64,000 bases of DNA, from assembly GCF_009914755.1 (NCBI RefSeq), contig NC_060943.1; one strand, given 5' to 3'. This document shows, in pieces, positions 44,001 through 57,307 of this stretch (position 1 is its first letter; the number at the start of each line of letters is the position of its first letter). Under the pieces are notes generated by a model. That model was not told the origin of the DNA. It worked only from the letters and a program-made list of their open reading frames with translations, and ran no database searches. A program made the position numbers and the translations under genes. The DNA is from the human T2T-CHM13v2.0 reference genome, Homo sapiens.

Positions 44001-44309
44001 TAAATACATCATTAATCACCACCTAAGGCTAGCTGCTGTTGATGGTTTTGTGGCCACTTGGACATTCAGCAAATGTTTTTAAACTTGGCTTTGTGGTTTA
44101 CTATAGAAAAGGGTCTCAGCCAGGCATCTGGTTCCTACCTTTCCTCTTGTGTAAGCTCCCCTGTCTGTATTACCCAACTAATCTGGAAAGTAGCTTGGCT
44201 GTGAAGATTGTTTATAAATCATAAAATGTGGAGACCAGGGGTCAGAACAAAGGAAACTCACAACAAGGATTAATGCTTTTTTTCTTATATCTAAAGATAT
44301 AGGGAATTG

Positions 44310-44720
44310 ACATTTAAAGATCTAGTTGTTTTTTATTTGCAATTCTAGAATCCAGCCACACCTCCTTCTATAAAATAGAACTAGTGTTCTGGTGATCCAA
44401 GCAGAGGAATATGGCTTCATACACAGAAACGGGCTGAGGAAAGCAGAAACAGAGAACAAGAGTGGATGGGTCATTTCAAAGTTACTTTCCCTATCATGGT
44501 TAAAGCAAAGGGGATTTCTTTTATCATGCCTGCTAAACTGGCCTGTTTGGGACTTGGCTATTATCTCTCTCTTTCTCTCCTGAGAGGAGGTCAGGTAACA
44601 ACTTAGTTGGAGTTGGTGGCCTGGAACTTCAGCATGAGTAGCTCCATTTCGATTTGATCTGTTGGGCCTAGTGCAGGAACTCAGTCCAAACCGATAGTCT
44701 CCTATACATTTTATTCTACA
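44310..44720 (-). mobile_element. ERV1-class LTR (MER31/MER67-like)
   Basis: GGGCTGAGGAAAGCAGAAACAGAGAAC...TGTTGGGCCTAGTGCAGGAACTCAGTCCAAACC...TTTTATTCTACA. Confidence 0.65.
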
Positions 44721-44879
44721 CCTATGCTCATTTTCTTCTTTGCACATCTGTATGCTTAAAAAATGTTCTTTAAAGATAAGCATGATTATCAGGTTTAAAG
44801 TTGCCTGGGATGGTCCCTCAGGCCAGTCCATTGGCTGGACTGCAGAAATGTCTGCAGCAGATGTGACACGCCTCTTTTA

Positions 44880-45530
44880 TCCCCCTCATTTCTCTGCCTC
44901 CACCCATCCCTTGTCCTTTTCTGTTTTCCTTCCTCCCTCCTCCCTCTCCTTACCCATTCTTTCCTCTCTTCAGCCTGTCCTGCCCTCCCCAACTCGACTT
45001 TCTCTTTCTTTCCTCCTTTTCCCACCCTTTTCTTCTTCCTTATAGTCCTTTCCACCTTCTCATCCCCCTTTCCACCCTTTCTTCCTTCTCCTCCTTGCCG
45101 TCTCCATTCTCTTCCTTTCCTGCCTCCCTGCCCCTCCCTCCTCCCACCCGCTCCCTCTTCTTTCTGTTGGTTCCTCTCCTCTCTGACCTGTTCTTTTCCC
45201 TTAGTCTCTCCCCAGCCCTTCCTCCTTCCCCTCCATCCTTCTTCCAACCCCTCCTCCTTCTCCATCTCTTCTTCTTCCTCCCCAGCTCTCCTCCCCAAGT
45301 CCCTCTCCATCCTCTCTCTTCTCCCCGCTCCTCCCCATCCCTCCTCCCCTTCCATCCTTCTTCCCACCTCTCCTACTTCTTTTCTCCCTCCTCCCCCCTT
45401 CCCTCCTGTCCCTCCTCCTCGCCCCTCCTTTCCCTCCATCTTTCTTTCCACCCTTCCTCCCTCCGTCTCTTCTCTCTCCTTCCCTTTCCCTGCCTCCTCC
45501 CCCTCAATCCTCCCTCTCGCCCCAGCCTCC
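44880..45530. repeat. About 650-bp polypyrimidine/polypurine (CT-rich) low-complexity tract just upstream of the ZNF71 TSS
   Basis: Almost only C/T on the + strand. Confidence 0.92.
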
Positions 45531-45960
45531 TTGGCCGCGGAGTCCTCTGTGAGATGGAGGAGCTCAGTTGGCTCCGCTCGGCTCCACTCGGCTGGGCTCG
45601 GCTGAAAAAAGCCGGGGGGAGGTGGCGCGCGCGGGTTTCTGGGAAGCGTAGTCCGGCGCAGTCCGCGCAGGCGCACTGCCGTCGGGCGGGCCTAGCGGGC
45701 GCGGTCATTGTCCTGGCAGAGCGGCGAGCCGGTGAGTGTGGCTGCGGGGTCGCGCCCACCCTCTACCTGTGCCGGGGGCCGGAACCTGGCCCCGGGGAGG
45801 GCGCGGCCTCGGGGAGACGGCGTGCAGGCCCAGGTACGGGGAGTGCAGGGCTGGGTGCTGGTCCAGGGCGTGCGGGCGCAGGAGAGGGCGTGCAGGCCGG
45901 GACCGAGGTGCGCCTGGAGAGGCTGAGCGGCCGAGGAGAGGCTGAGGGGAAGCTGAGGGG
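45515..45960 (+). promoter_or_regulatory. ZNF71: CpG-island promoter and exon 1 of ZNF71 (exon ends at 45731)
   Basis: CpG-dense; ZNF143-type motif on - strand (CTGGGAAGCGTAGT at 45639-45652); NRF1-like GCGCAGGCGCA at 45665-45675; donor CCG|GTGAGT at 45732. Confidence 0.85.
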
Positions 45961-46084
45961 CTAAGGAGAGGCTGACTGGAGGCTGAGGGGCTGAGGAGAG
46001 GCCGGGGCCAGGGAGGGAGAGGCGTGAGTGGGTTGGAGGTAGGAAAGTTGCATGAACACCAGGGCCATCCTGGGGGGAAGGTGG

Positions 46085-46244
46085 CCTGTGTGAGAGACAG
46101 GCAGTGCATATCATCCTGAGGATGAGGCTGTGTCTTTGTGGATATTGTGAATGTGTCTGTGTGTGTGTCTGTGTGGGTCTGTATGTGTGTGTGAGACAGA
46201 TTGTGTCGTCCTGAGGGTATGGCTGTGTCTCTGGATATTGTGAT

Positions 46245-46302
<58 letters not shown>

Positions 46303-46412
46303 AGACAGAGAGAGAAACTGCGTGTCGTCCAGAGGCTGGGTCTGTGAATGAATGTGAATGTGTCCATGTGTGTCCGTGTGGGTCATGTGTGGTAGCGTGT
46401 GTGTGTGTGTGT
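46085..46412. repeat. (TG)n microsatellite (longest run about 46259-46299) within three diverged 100-130 bp units
   Basis: Recurring GAGACAG...GT(C/A)(G/A)TCC(T/A)GAGG...GGCTG(T/G)GTCT...TGTGA(A/T)TGTGT. Confidence 0.85.
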
Positions 46413-48349
46413 CCCACTTCTTCAGAGTCTTGGTCTCTCTGTGGAGCTGTGTCTCTCCAGGTCTCTGCCTATGCATGTGTGGTGATATCTCTGAGTGACT
46501 GCCTGTGTCCTTGTCTTTGGTGTTGTGGGTGTGTCAGCCTTGATCTCTGTCCATGAGTGTCTCTGTGGGAGGGTGCCCTCTGGGTGTCCACTATGTCTGC
46601 TCTTTCCATGCATGTCTCTTGGCATGAGTGTAGGGCTGTGTCTTTCCAGGGGCCACTCCTGTCTGGATCTTTCCTATCTCTGTGTGTCCACCTGTGTCTA
46701 GAGTATTTCTTGATGTTTGCGTGTGACTCTGCAGGGGTGGGTGCGTCTGGGTGTGCCTCTTCCAAAGACTATATGCCTGGACAAGGGAGCCTAGCAGAGC
46801 CACTACCTTCTCACCCTACGCTTCTCCTAGTCTGCCTGCCCACAGTTCCCTGGCTTTTTCCTGCCCATAGAAGGCTCTGGAGGCGTAGGGGCCTGGGAGT
46901 GACAGGGGCCGGGTGGAGGAGGGGAAAAGGAAGGCTGTTTCTTCTGCCTCCCACAGGATCTTCTTAAAGTGGGATCAGACTCCCAAAGGGTCTCTGTGCC
47001 CTACTCTGTTCTGACCAAGGAGAGGTTGATTTGTTCAGGGAATGTGTATGCAGCCAGTGCTGGCCATTTATAGATGTCCCAGTAACTCTGAGGTAGAGAC
47101 CATCATCATCCTTATCTTACAGATGGGGAAACTGAGTCTCAGACTAAGTGACTCACCCAAGGCTACCTCAGGCATCCAGGTTCCAGAGCCCCCACAATTA
47201 ACCACCAGACAAATGGGAGATCCCTTTTTTCCCTTTCCGCTCAGCTGACACAAGGTTGCAGGATTTTCCCCAAGGGAATCCCCGCTTGGAAACAATGGAA
47301 ATGGAAGAAAGGAAGGAAATGCCAAAAAGCTCAGAGGAAGAAGAATCCAGATCTAAGGCCAAACTGGGTTCAACAGCCACTGGCCATACTCTTGGGCAAG
47401 TCACTTCCAGGGCCGCTGCATGATTTTTAAGGGTACTTTGCCTTCATGGGCCCCTTGCTCCATTGTTTTTTTAAAGCACTAAAAATTACATTTTGTTATT
47501 TCATTAATAGGAAGACAAATGTAATCTAGGCTGGATTAGATATTTTCTTATGATTTTAAAAGAAATTAAGACCTTCCTATGGGCCCCTAAAGGTTTCATG
47601 GGCCCCATGCTCTGTGCCTACTGGGTAAGTGGGCTCTGGTCACTGCTGTGATCTGGCAAAATGGGCCAGTGTTCTTGACCTCACAGGACAGGGGTGAAAG
47701 AGACCACTATCTGCAAGGAATTTTTTTTTATATTAAATTGTGTTTCAAAAATGTTGATGGTAATATGAAGTTTCTACACCCAGGGAAACAATTCAAAGGA
47801 AGAGAAAGAAAAAATAATTAATAACCTCTACCCCCTTCTCATTCCCACTCCATGCCCTCCAGACACCAACCCAGCCTCATTCCACAGCCTTCCCCAGGCT
47901 GGAAGATGCTGTACAGATGTGTCCACATCCACATGTTTTGGTTTGTTTTTTCACAAAGGGGCTAAAGGTATGCATAAAACTGGGTAACTTGCTTTTCTCA
48001 CTTAGTGAAACCACAGACATGTCAACAGATGCAGAACTAACTCTGCTTCGCAGAGGCGACCTGATACTTCATACTATGGAGACCCTACCCTCGATTTGAT
48101 TCCTTTAGTAATGTTTATTAATTTTGTTTTCAGGGTTTTTTTTTGCCTCTAGAAACAATGCTGCCATAAATATCTTTTTTTCCTATATGTAACTTTTACA
48201 CGGAGCTTTTATTGGTGTGGGCAGATTCCCAGGAACAGGGTTGCTGGGTTATGGGATTTGTGTATTGCCAGCTCACTTTCCAGAAAAATGTTGAGCGACT
48301 CACATTCCCTCACCAGTGTGTGAGAGGGCCTGTTCCTTTGAATCCTGGC

Positions 48350-48880
48350 CAGCACTAGAAGTTAGCTCATCTGTTCATTCAGCTTGATGTCTAAGTGCCT
48401 CCTGTGTGTTAGACGTTGTCCTAGATGTCGGAAATACAATCTGAAAGTGATCATCCCTGCTCCCTGGGGGCTTCTGTTCTCATGGAGGGAAGACAGATGA
48501 CAAACTTGAAAACAACTATTTTAAAAAAGACAGTTGTCAATAGTGGTTTGTACTGCAAGAAAATAGAGGGGGAGAGAGTTGCTGCTTGAGGTCAGGTGAT
48601 TGGGGGTAGAGGACTTCTCCAAGGAGGTGACGTTGGAGCTGACCAGGAAGCAGGGGTGGTCATGGGAAGAGCATTCCCTCCAGAGGGAACAGCAGATGCA
48701 GAGGCCAGGAGGCCTGGGGCCAAGCATGGGAGAGGGGAGTAGAGGAGATGGAAGGGGAGAGGCCATCAGGGGCACATCATAAGGGCTATGTGGGCAGCAG
48801 TGAAGACTTTGAGTGATTTCTAATGGTGGGGGAAGCCAACGAAGAGTTTTGAAGAGTTTTAGCTCAGAGGACATTTTCAC
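48350..48880. mobile_element. L2 fragment
   Basis: CTTCTCCAAGGAGGTGACGTTGGAGCTGA...GAGGGAACAGCAGATGCAGAGGCC. Confidence 0.65.
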
Positions 48881-48974
48881 TGAGTGATTACAGTTGGCCA
48901 GGTGTGGTGCCCGGGTACAGGCATTAAGTGGTAGGAACCCCCAGCCCACACCTTTGTGATCCTTTTGTTCTACA

Positions 48975-49190
48975 ACAGGGCTTCTCAACCTCCACACTAC
49001 TGACCTTTGGGCCTGATCATTCTTTGTTGTGGGGCCTGTCGCGTGCATCGTACAGTGTGTAGCAGCATCCCCAGTCTCTACCAACTAAACGCCCATAGTA
49101 CTCCCCTGCCAAATTATGACAGTTTGGCAAATGTCTCTAGACGTTGACAAATGTCTCCGGGGGCAGAATTGTTCCCGATTGAGTTCCAAA
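48975..49190. mobile_element. MER20 hAT-Charlie element
   Basis: CTTCTCAACC...ACTACTGACCTTTGGGCC...TTCTTTGTTGTGGGG...AGCAGCATCCC...AAATGTCTC. Confidence 0.8.
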
Positions 49191-49295
49191 GGCTTCTGCC
49201 AACTTGGCCTTATATATATGCCCCCCTACAATTAAAATTACTTTTCACTTGTGGAAGTTGGGGCCATTTGGCCTAAGAAAGGCTCTTCTTTGTCT

Positions 49296-49475
49296 TAGTG
49301 GTTCTTACGCTTTAAGACGTGTCAGAATCACCTGGGAAACTTGCTTAGAAATACCGATTCAGGGGCCCTACCCAGGTAGTTTGATTCAGAGGATCTGAGG
49401 TGGGGGGCAGGAATATATATTCTGAGTGAGATTTTAATAAGCATCCCCAGTGATTCTGGTACTTTGAGAATTGGT
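49296..49475. mobile_element. MER5A-like element
   Basis: AGTGGTTCT...TCAGAATCACCTGGG...GATTCAG...TCTGAGGTGGGG...AAGCATCCCCAGTGATTCTG. Confidence 0.7.
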
Positions 49476-49924
49476 GCACCAGCTACAAGAGCATTGTGTT
49501 GGAGAGGATTGAGGCTTTTCTGGGTGATCTTGAAGGGTTGGAGATGTAGAGAGGCATGTTTCTGTTTATAGCAGAAGAAAAACTCATTTCCAGTCAGAGG
49601 TGTTGGTGGCACGGGTAGTGAGCCCCCATCACGGGAGAAGCCAGGACTGAGCCAGCATGTCTCAGACTCCAAGAATTTGTCCTCATCTGTGTCATGGATC
49701 CTATTTTTTTACTTTGCCATTTACTTGATTTGGCTCACTGATTTTTTTTTGTTTTTAATTTAAATCAACTTAGTTTAAAAGGGTATTCTGTGTGACTGCT
49801 GTAAAAGAAGCTGAGTTTTGCTGTAAGAAGGGAAACAAACTTTAAAACAAATTGAAGTAAAGCCAGGTAGTTCTAATGAGATATTATGGTCACCCTAAGT
49901 TTGGGGCCTGAACCCTGCTTTTCT

Positions 49925-50825
<901 letters not shown>

Positions 50826-51649
50826 GCTTTTCTTTTGTTTCAAGGGGTGAGTGATGGGTTGCAGGGATGTTAAGATATCTCTCCACTTGAGACTTTGTCC
50901 TGAGCTTGTCAGGAGAACTGGAGGAGAATTGAATCAAGATGCATTTCTCTAGGCGAATCTGGCTCTGAGAGCCCCTGGGTGGAAGTTCCTTACACTCATA
51001 TCTGCTAGTTGAACCTCATGGTAACCCCATGAAGTCTGGGGGAAGTGCCCAAAGAGGCCACAGGTGGTTCTGGGGCATCTCAGGGGGCCTCAGTCCAGCA
51101 CTCACACTCAAGGAGGGATCCGGGCAGGGCCATTGGGAGAAGGCAGGGTGTCCGGTGGCCCTCAGCAGCCTGCGGGAATGTGTGTGAGTGTATGTGTGTT
51201 AACCATATCTATAGGAGTGTACATGGGAGTGCATCTGTGAGGCATTGTAGCCTGGAGGCTAAGCTGTGGACCCAGACATACTCTGCCTGACTCCAGTCCC
51301 AGCTCTGTAATCTTGAGCAAGTGGTTTAATCTCCTCGGGCCTCAGTCTCCTCATCTGTGAAATGGGTAGGTAGAAGTAGTACCTACCTTCCAGGATGGTT
51401 GGAAGATCAAGTGATATACATTCAAGTTCCCTACATGCAGTAAGCCCTCTAAATACTCACTGTTGACGTATGTGTATGTGTGTCTATCTGTCTGTCTCTG
51501 CTTGTCTCTCAGTGGGTGTGTGTCTGTCCTGTCTACATTTGTGAGGCCAGCCTAGGCCTGGTCTCTCAGCATGCCTCCCTCTTTCTTCTCCCTACAGCAC
51601 TGTTGGTCACCGCAGGCCTGTCTTCCTATTCACCGTGGGCAGCAGAGGG

Positions 51650-51682
51650 ATGGCTGCTCAGCTGCTGACTGATGAGGCACTG
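51650..51682 (+). CDS. ZNF71: ZNF71 first coding exon (exon 51598-51682): MAAQLLTDEAL
   Basis: Acceptor CTTCTCCCTACAG ending at 51597; GGGATGG strong Kozak; donor CTG|GTGAGT at 51683; phase 0 in frame with KRAB-A at 63909. Confidence 0.82.
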
Positions 51683-53154
51683 GTGAGTCATGTTGCCCTG
51701 TCACTCTCCTTTCCAAAGGCTGGATCCTGCCTTGGGTGAGCCTCTGCTGCTCGAACCCTCTCCAAGGCCCCCAGTCCCATCTTCTGGGGCTGTGTCTGCC
51801 CTGATGAAGAGGGCTGTGCTTATAGATGATGCTGACCCTGGCTGTGGGGTCAGTTGTAGGGGACAGGGAAGCTTTGGAATGGCCAAACTAGCTCTCTGGA
51901 TTCTTAGGAGACACAGGTGGGCACCTGTGGGAAGTGGTGGTTTAGACATGTGACATTGAGTGAAAACTTGCACAGGACCATGCTGGATGTGTGACCTTTA
52001 AAATGGGCAAACACACTAAATGCTTCTTGTGAATGTGAATGCCCACATGTGTGATGAAAGTACAAAAGCTTATGGGAATGAGGCCCACAAATTCACCCAT
52101 GATTTTACCCCAAAAGATAATCACTCTGGAATGTTTGAGTCTGGCTAAGCAATTTTAATGTTAAAGATTGCTTTTTCATCAGAGATTTCATCCTGAGCAT
52201 TTCTCCACATCATTAAAAACTCCTTTGTAACGTCCATCTTAATGACCCCATAAAAGTGTTGTTCAGTGGCCATACCCTGGTTTACTTAATGGTTCCTCTG
52301 TTGTTGGACCTTTATTGGTTTCCAAGTATTCTTTTTTTGGTTATAAACAGTGTCATGAGGGACACTGGGCACAAATCTTTCCTTGTGTCTTATATGATTT
52401 CTTTAGGAGTGATTCCTTGAAGAGGAAGATTGGGTTGGGTATTTTTGAGGTATTTTGATATTATTTCCACATCAGTTACGGCGGTATGTATTCCCACCAG
52501 CATGTCTGAGCGGGTCTCTGATGATTTATATGGCTGTTGTCAGGCATTTATTCTGCATGTTGGATATATTTAGATTGGTGCAATATTGCACCATGATAAT
52601 AAATGATAAATGGATATAAATGACAAATGCTATAAACCATGATGAGCCTGATAGGGGACAAATGGTGCCACGTGATTTATTTCTGAGTAGCATTGTTTGT
52701 ATTATTAGTGAAGTTCAAGTCTTAGAAAATGTTTACTAGCCATTTCTGTGGGCAGGGAAATGATCCATCTTGTGCTTTAGCAGTCTACAGGAATCTGAGT
52801 ATGCTTTAAAGACTTTACAGAAGCAAATGTGTGTGTGTAAATATTTGTGGCAAATATTCTTCCCAGATTTGCTTTTTGTTTCTTTATTTTACTTTATTTT
52901 TTCTGTATAAAAGCATTTCATATTTTTAAAATCAAATCTGTTGGTTTCTCCCACTGTGGTGTCTTTCTTCATCTTTAAGCTGTGAAAGGGTTTCTCCATC
53001 CACAGGTCACATAGCAGCTATATTTTCTTCCTTTTCACCATTTGTCATTTGAATGTTAACAATGAACTTTTGAATCTACCTGTAATTGATTTTGCTATAT
53101 AAATGTGTCAGTAGACTTATTTGGGAGCTTTGGTTTATTCTGTCTTCATTTGTT

Positions 53155-53760
53155 TGGTACCTTTGTTGAGGTACACATCACGTATCACAAAGTGTACAAT
53201 TCACTGATTTTGGGTACATTCATAGAGTCGCGTTAACCATCACCACAGTCCATTTCAGAATATTTTCATCATCCTGAAAAAGAGCCGAGTACCCATTGGC
53301 ACTCATTTCCATTTTCCCCCATCAGTCCACGGCCCCTGGCAACCAGTAATCAGCTTTCTGTCTCTATGAATTTGACTGTTCTGGACATTTCAAATAAATG
53401 GAATCATACATGGTGTGGTCTTTTGTGACTGGCTTCTTTCACTCAGCATAATATTTGCAAGGTTCAACCATGTGGTAGCACATATAGAGCTTCATTCCTT
53501 TTTTTGACTGAATAATATTCCAGTGTGTGTTTCTACATATTTTATTTATCCTTTCATCAGTTGATGGACATTTGGGTTGTTTCCACTTTTTGGCTATTAT
53601 GAATAATGCTGCTATGAATATTCATGTATAAGTCTTTGAACATATGTTCTCAGTTCTCTTAGGTGTGTACCTGGAAGTGGAATGTTGGGTCATATGGTTA
53701 ACTCTGTTGAACCAGTAAAGGAACCACCAGACTGTTTTCCTAAGCGATTGCACCATGATG
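53155..53760 (-). mobile_element. L1MB 3' end, antisense (older L1ME fragments at about 52150-53120)
   Basis: CCCTGGCAACCA...TTCTGGACATTTCAAATAAATGGAATCATAC...GATGGACATTTGGGTTGTTTCCAC. Confidence 0.85.
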
Positions 53761-55390
53761 CCTTCATTTTTGTCTCATCTGTGATTCTTGCCTTGAATTC
53801 TTCTTTTACCTACATTACTTAGAAAGATTTGTTGATTGTTTTTATTTCAACAGGGTTGGGAGTTTTGGTTTAAGTTTTTTTTTTTTTTAATTACTACTAG
53901 TGTAATTACATTCAATTTTTTAAAAAAATTGAGCCTGTCTGGTTTCAGCTCTTCAGAGTTTTCCCTGTGGTGAAATGGTTTGTGTCATTAGACAGGAAAC
54001 CGAAAAAGATGGAGTACTAGAAAAAGGGGCCTTGGACACGTACGTGCAGAGAACTCAGAGGCCCTTTGTTAGCACTTCTGTCCCAACACGATGGGCTCCC
54101 AGACCTGGAAGGCTGTGTTCTGTGTCTCAGCACAACCCTGGTGCCAGTCTGGGCTTGGTGCCTGGAGACTGCTCAGTGAATAGTTATTGAGTGAATTAGG
54201 TGGGTGTACTTAGGGAAGACTTCCAGAAGGAATTGTTGTATTACAATTTTGTAAAATAAATAAATATAGGTGTGAGAGGGAACTTTTGGAGGTAATGGAT
54301 CCGTTTATGGCCTTGATGGTGGTGATGGTTCCACGGGTGTATATGCATCTGCAAACTCATCAAGTTATGTATATTATTAAATATGTACAGCTTTTTATAT
54401 ATCAGTCACACCTCAATCAAGTAGTTTAAATTTTTAGAAAAGGAGGAATTATTAGCTGGGCTGGCTGAAAGATACATTGGGCCAAAAGGTCAAATAATAT
54501 CATATAAGGATCTATAGTTGTACATAAGATATATATTAAATATCAACATTAAATAATAGCAAGAGTCGACATTTACTGAGAGCTTCCTCCATCACATGAG
54601 GCACTGTGTTTGGACCATATTTGTACACATTTAACCTTACGACCCTGTGGAGGGGGACATTGTTATCAGGAAGCCTGCCTCTCATATGAGGCTTAGAAAG
54701 AGAAAGACAGTTGTCCAAGGAAACACAGCTCATGAGGGGCAGAGCCAGGATTCCGTTGCAGAGTGTGGTTCCTGAGCCTGCACTCTGAACCACCAGCCCA
54801 ACTGCTTTCTATCAAAGGTGACCCCTCAGGCAGAGGAGGCTATCTTGAGCCCAAGCCCCAGAAGGGCACCCTAGGACCATAGAGGGACTAGCCAGCGGGG
54901 GTGAGGCCTCCCCTTGGGATTCAGTTGGTGGTGGGGACACTCAGTATGCTGGAGAGAGCCAGTGAGCTCTGAGTGTCAGTAACAATAGCTGGCACTTATT
55001 GAGTGCCTGCTGTATGCTATGCATTACCATTCTGAGTGTCTTACATAAATAAGTGGGCAGGTGGGGCCTGTAGCAAATTGGAGCTTTCTTGCCCCATCAA
55101 AGGGTCAGCCACCACTCAGCTCCAGCCTAGAGTGGCCAGATATTCTGCTGTTTAAAGAGAAACTAGAAATTCATTTTCTTGGTAAATTGTGGATGTGTTT
55201 TTCATGTGAGTAACAATTAAAAACAATTTTGAAACCCCCATAGGAGCAAAATAGAAATGTGTACAGCTGGCTTCAGGCCCAGGTACATCTCATATGCTCT
55301 GTGTGCTCAGAACTCCCGTTCTTTCCTTGTGCCTTGGGGGTTGTACCACTGAATCAGTTCAGAACAGCAGGTCCCTCTGTAGGACACAAT

Positions 55391-55707
55391 AGGTCTCTCA
55401 TTACTCACATGCCATGCTGTGAGGAAGCCCAAGCAGCCACAAGGAAAAGTGATGTGGAGAAAAAGAGATGCCCACCAAGGCCTCAGCTGTGCCATCCATA
55501 CCAGCTCAAGAGACAGACTTGTAAACAAAGAAGCTAGCAGACTACTCTAGCCCAGCTGCCATCCAACTGCCACCACACAAGAGATGCCAGGCACGAACTG
55601 CCCAGCTGAGCCCATCAACCCCAAAATAGTAATAAATTGTTGTTTTTGAGCCATTAAGTTCTGAGATGGCTGCTACCCAGCAAAATATAACTGGATCAGA
55701 AATTTAA
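55391..55707 (+). repeat. Inverted copy of 56536-56863 (3' part of an MLT1 LTR)
   Basis: Long exact reverse-complement runs, e.g. CAAGAGATGCCAGGCACGAACTGCCCAGCTGAGCCCATCAACCCCAAAATAGTAATAAATTGT. Confidence 0.93.
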
Positions 55708-56549
55708 TCTGTGGCCGTGGCTCAAGATCTTCATGTGGCAGAGTCATGCATGGATGATGTGATCAGCCAGCAATAATGTGAGACGTGCAGGCCTTCATCA
55801 CACTAGGGAGGAGGTCGACTGTCAAGCACCATCTCTGGAAGTGGCTTCAGGATCGCTTGTGATCTGTCTGGAAGAGAAGCGCCAGCTGGGACACTCTGTG
55901 ATATTTATCCAACTGTCTTCTTTATAGGCAAAAGACGTGCCATCCATCTCAGGGTCTGATCCAAACTAAACTGCTCCTTGGCTGTGATGCCAGCTAGATT
56001 GGTATTATACATGGATGAGGCCATCTAATGTTGGGGCTGAGAGTTGAACTGACTAGGTTTAAAATGCTGCCACTCCCATCTGTGTGACCTCTTGTGCCTC
56101 AGTCTCCCCCTTTGTAAAAGAAATGAGCTCATAAAAGTGCCTACATAGTAGGGTTCTTTTGAAGATTAAGTGAGATGGTGTGTGCAGTGGGCTTAGAACA
56201 ATACCTGGCATGTAGTATGTGCTTAATGAACATTAGTTATTTTTATCATTATTTACTAATGAATTAGTATGGAAGAAACCTGGTGCCAATACCATGTCTG
56301 TCTTATTCACAGTTGTATGCCCAGTGCCTGGTGCATGGCAGGCACTTAATAAATATTCGTCAAATGAATACATGAAAGGGTGAAGTATCACTCTGTGTGT
56401 TTCCAGGAACCATCAATGAACATATTTAGAATATGTTAGAATATGTATTAGATACCATTGATCTAGAATTCCTGTTTAGGGGGTAAAAATTCAACCATAC
56501 TTTTCTGGTAGCCCGGAAAATTATAAATTAATCAGTTAAATTTCCGATC

Positions 56550-57075
56550 CAGTTATATTTTGCTGGGTAGTAACCATCTCAGAACTTAATGGCTCAAAAA
56601 CTACAATTTATTACTATTTTGGGGTTGATGGGCTCAGCTGGGCAGTTCGTGCCTGGCATCTCTTGTGTGGTGGCTGTTGGATGGCAGCTGGGCTAGAGTA
56701 GTCTGCTGGCTTCTTTGCTCACATGTCTGTCTCTTGCTGTGGTATGGATGGCACCGCTGAGGCCTTGGTGGGCATCTTTTTTTTTTCCACATGGATTTTC
56801 CTTGTGGCTGCTTGGGCTTCCTCACAGCATGGCATGTGAGTAATGAGACATAATGAGACACCTGTTGTGATGACTGGCTTCTCCCAGAGCAAGTGTTCCA
56901 GGAGGCTGAGGCAGGAGCTGGAAGTCTTCTGTGATCTAGCCTGAGAGTCCCAGAACATTACCTCTGCCAGATTCTATTGGTCAAGCAGGTCCCTAAGGCC
57001 AGCCCACATTCAAGGATGGGGGAACTAGACTCCACTAGTGAAGGATTTGAGGCCATTTTCAACAAGTCTACCCAC
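56550..57075 (-). mobile_element. MLT1 (H/I-like) MaLR LTR
   Basis: GGGTTGATGGGCTCAGCTGGGCAGTTC...CTTGGGCTTCCTCACAGCATGG...TTCTATTGGTCAAGCAGGTC...GCCCACATTCAAGG. Confidence 0.8.
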
Positions 57076-57136
57076 TTACTATTGTCTACCAAAGCTGACT
57101 TATATTGAAAGAGACAGTGAAAATGGGTAATTTGAT

Positions 57137-57307
57137 CCAGCAAAATATAACTGGATCAGAAATTTAACTGGTGTTTTAATTTACAATTTTCTGGGCTACC
57201 AGAAAAGCATGGTTGAATTTTTACCCCCTAAACAGGAATTCTAGATCAATGGTATCTAATACGTATTCTGATATATTCTAAATATGTTCATTGATGGTTC
57301 TTGGAAA
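57137..57307 (+). repeat. Inverted copy of 56400-56566
   Basis: TGGTTGAATTTTTACCCCCTAAACAGGAATTCTAGATCAATGGTATCTAATAC is the reverse complement of sequence at about 56446-56498. Confidence 0.93.

Noticed and set aside
44795-46967. Long ORFs (293, 289, 241, 220 aa) around the ZNF71 promoter
   Set aside because: Translations of the CT tract, CpG island and (TG)n repeats
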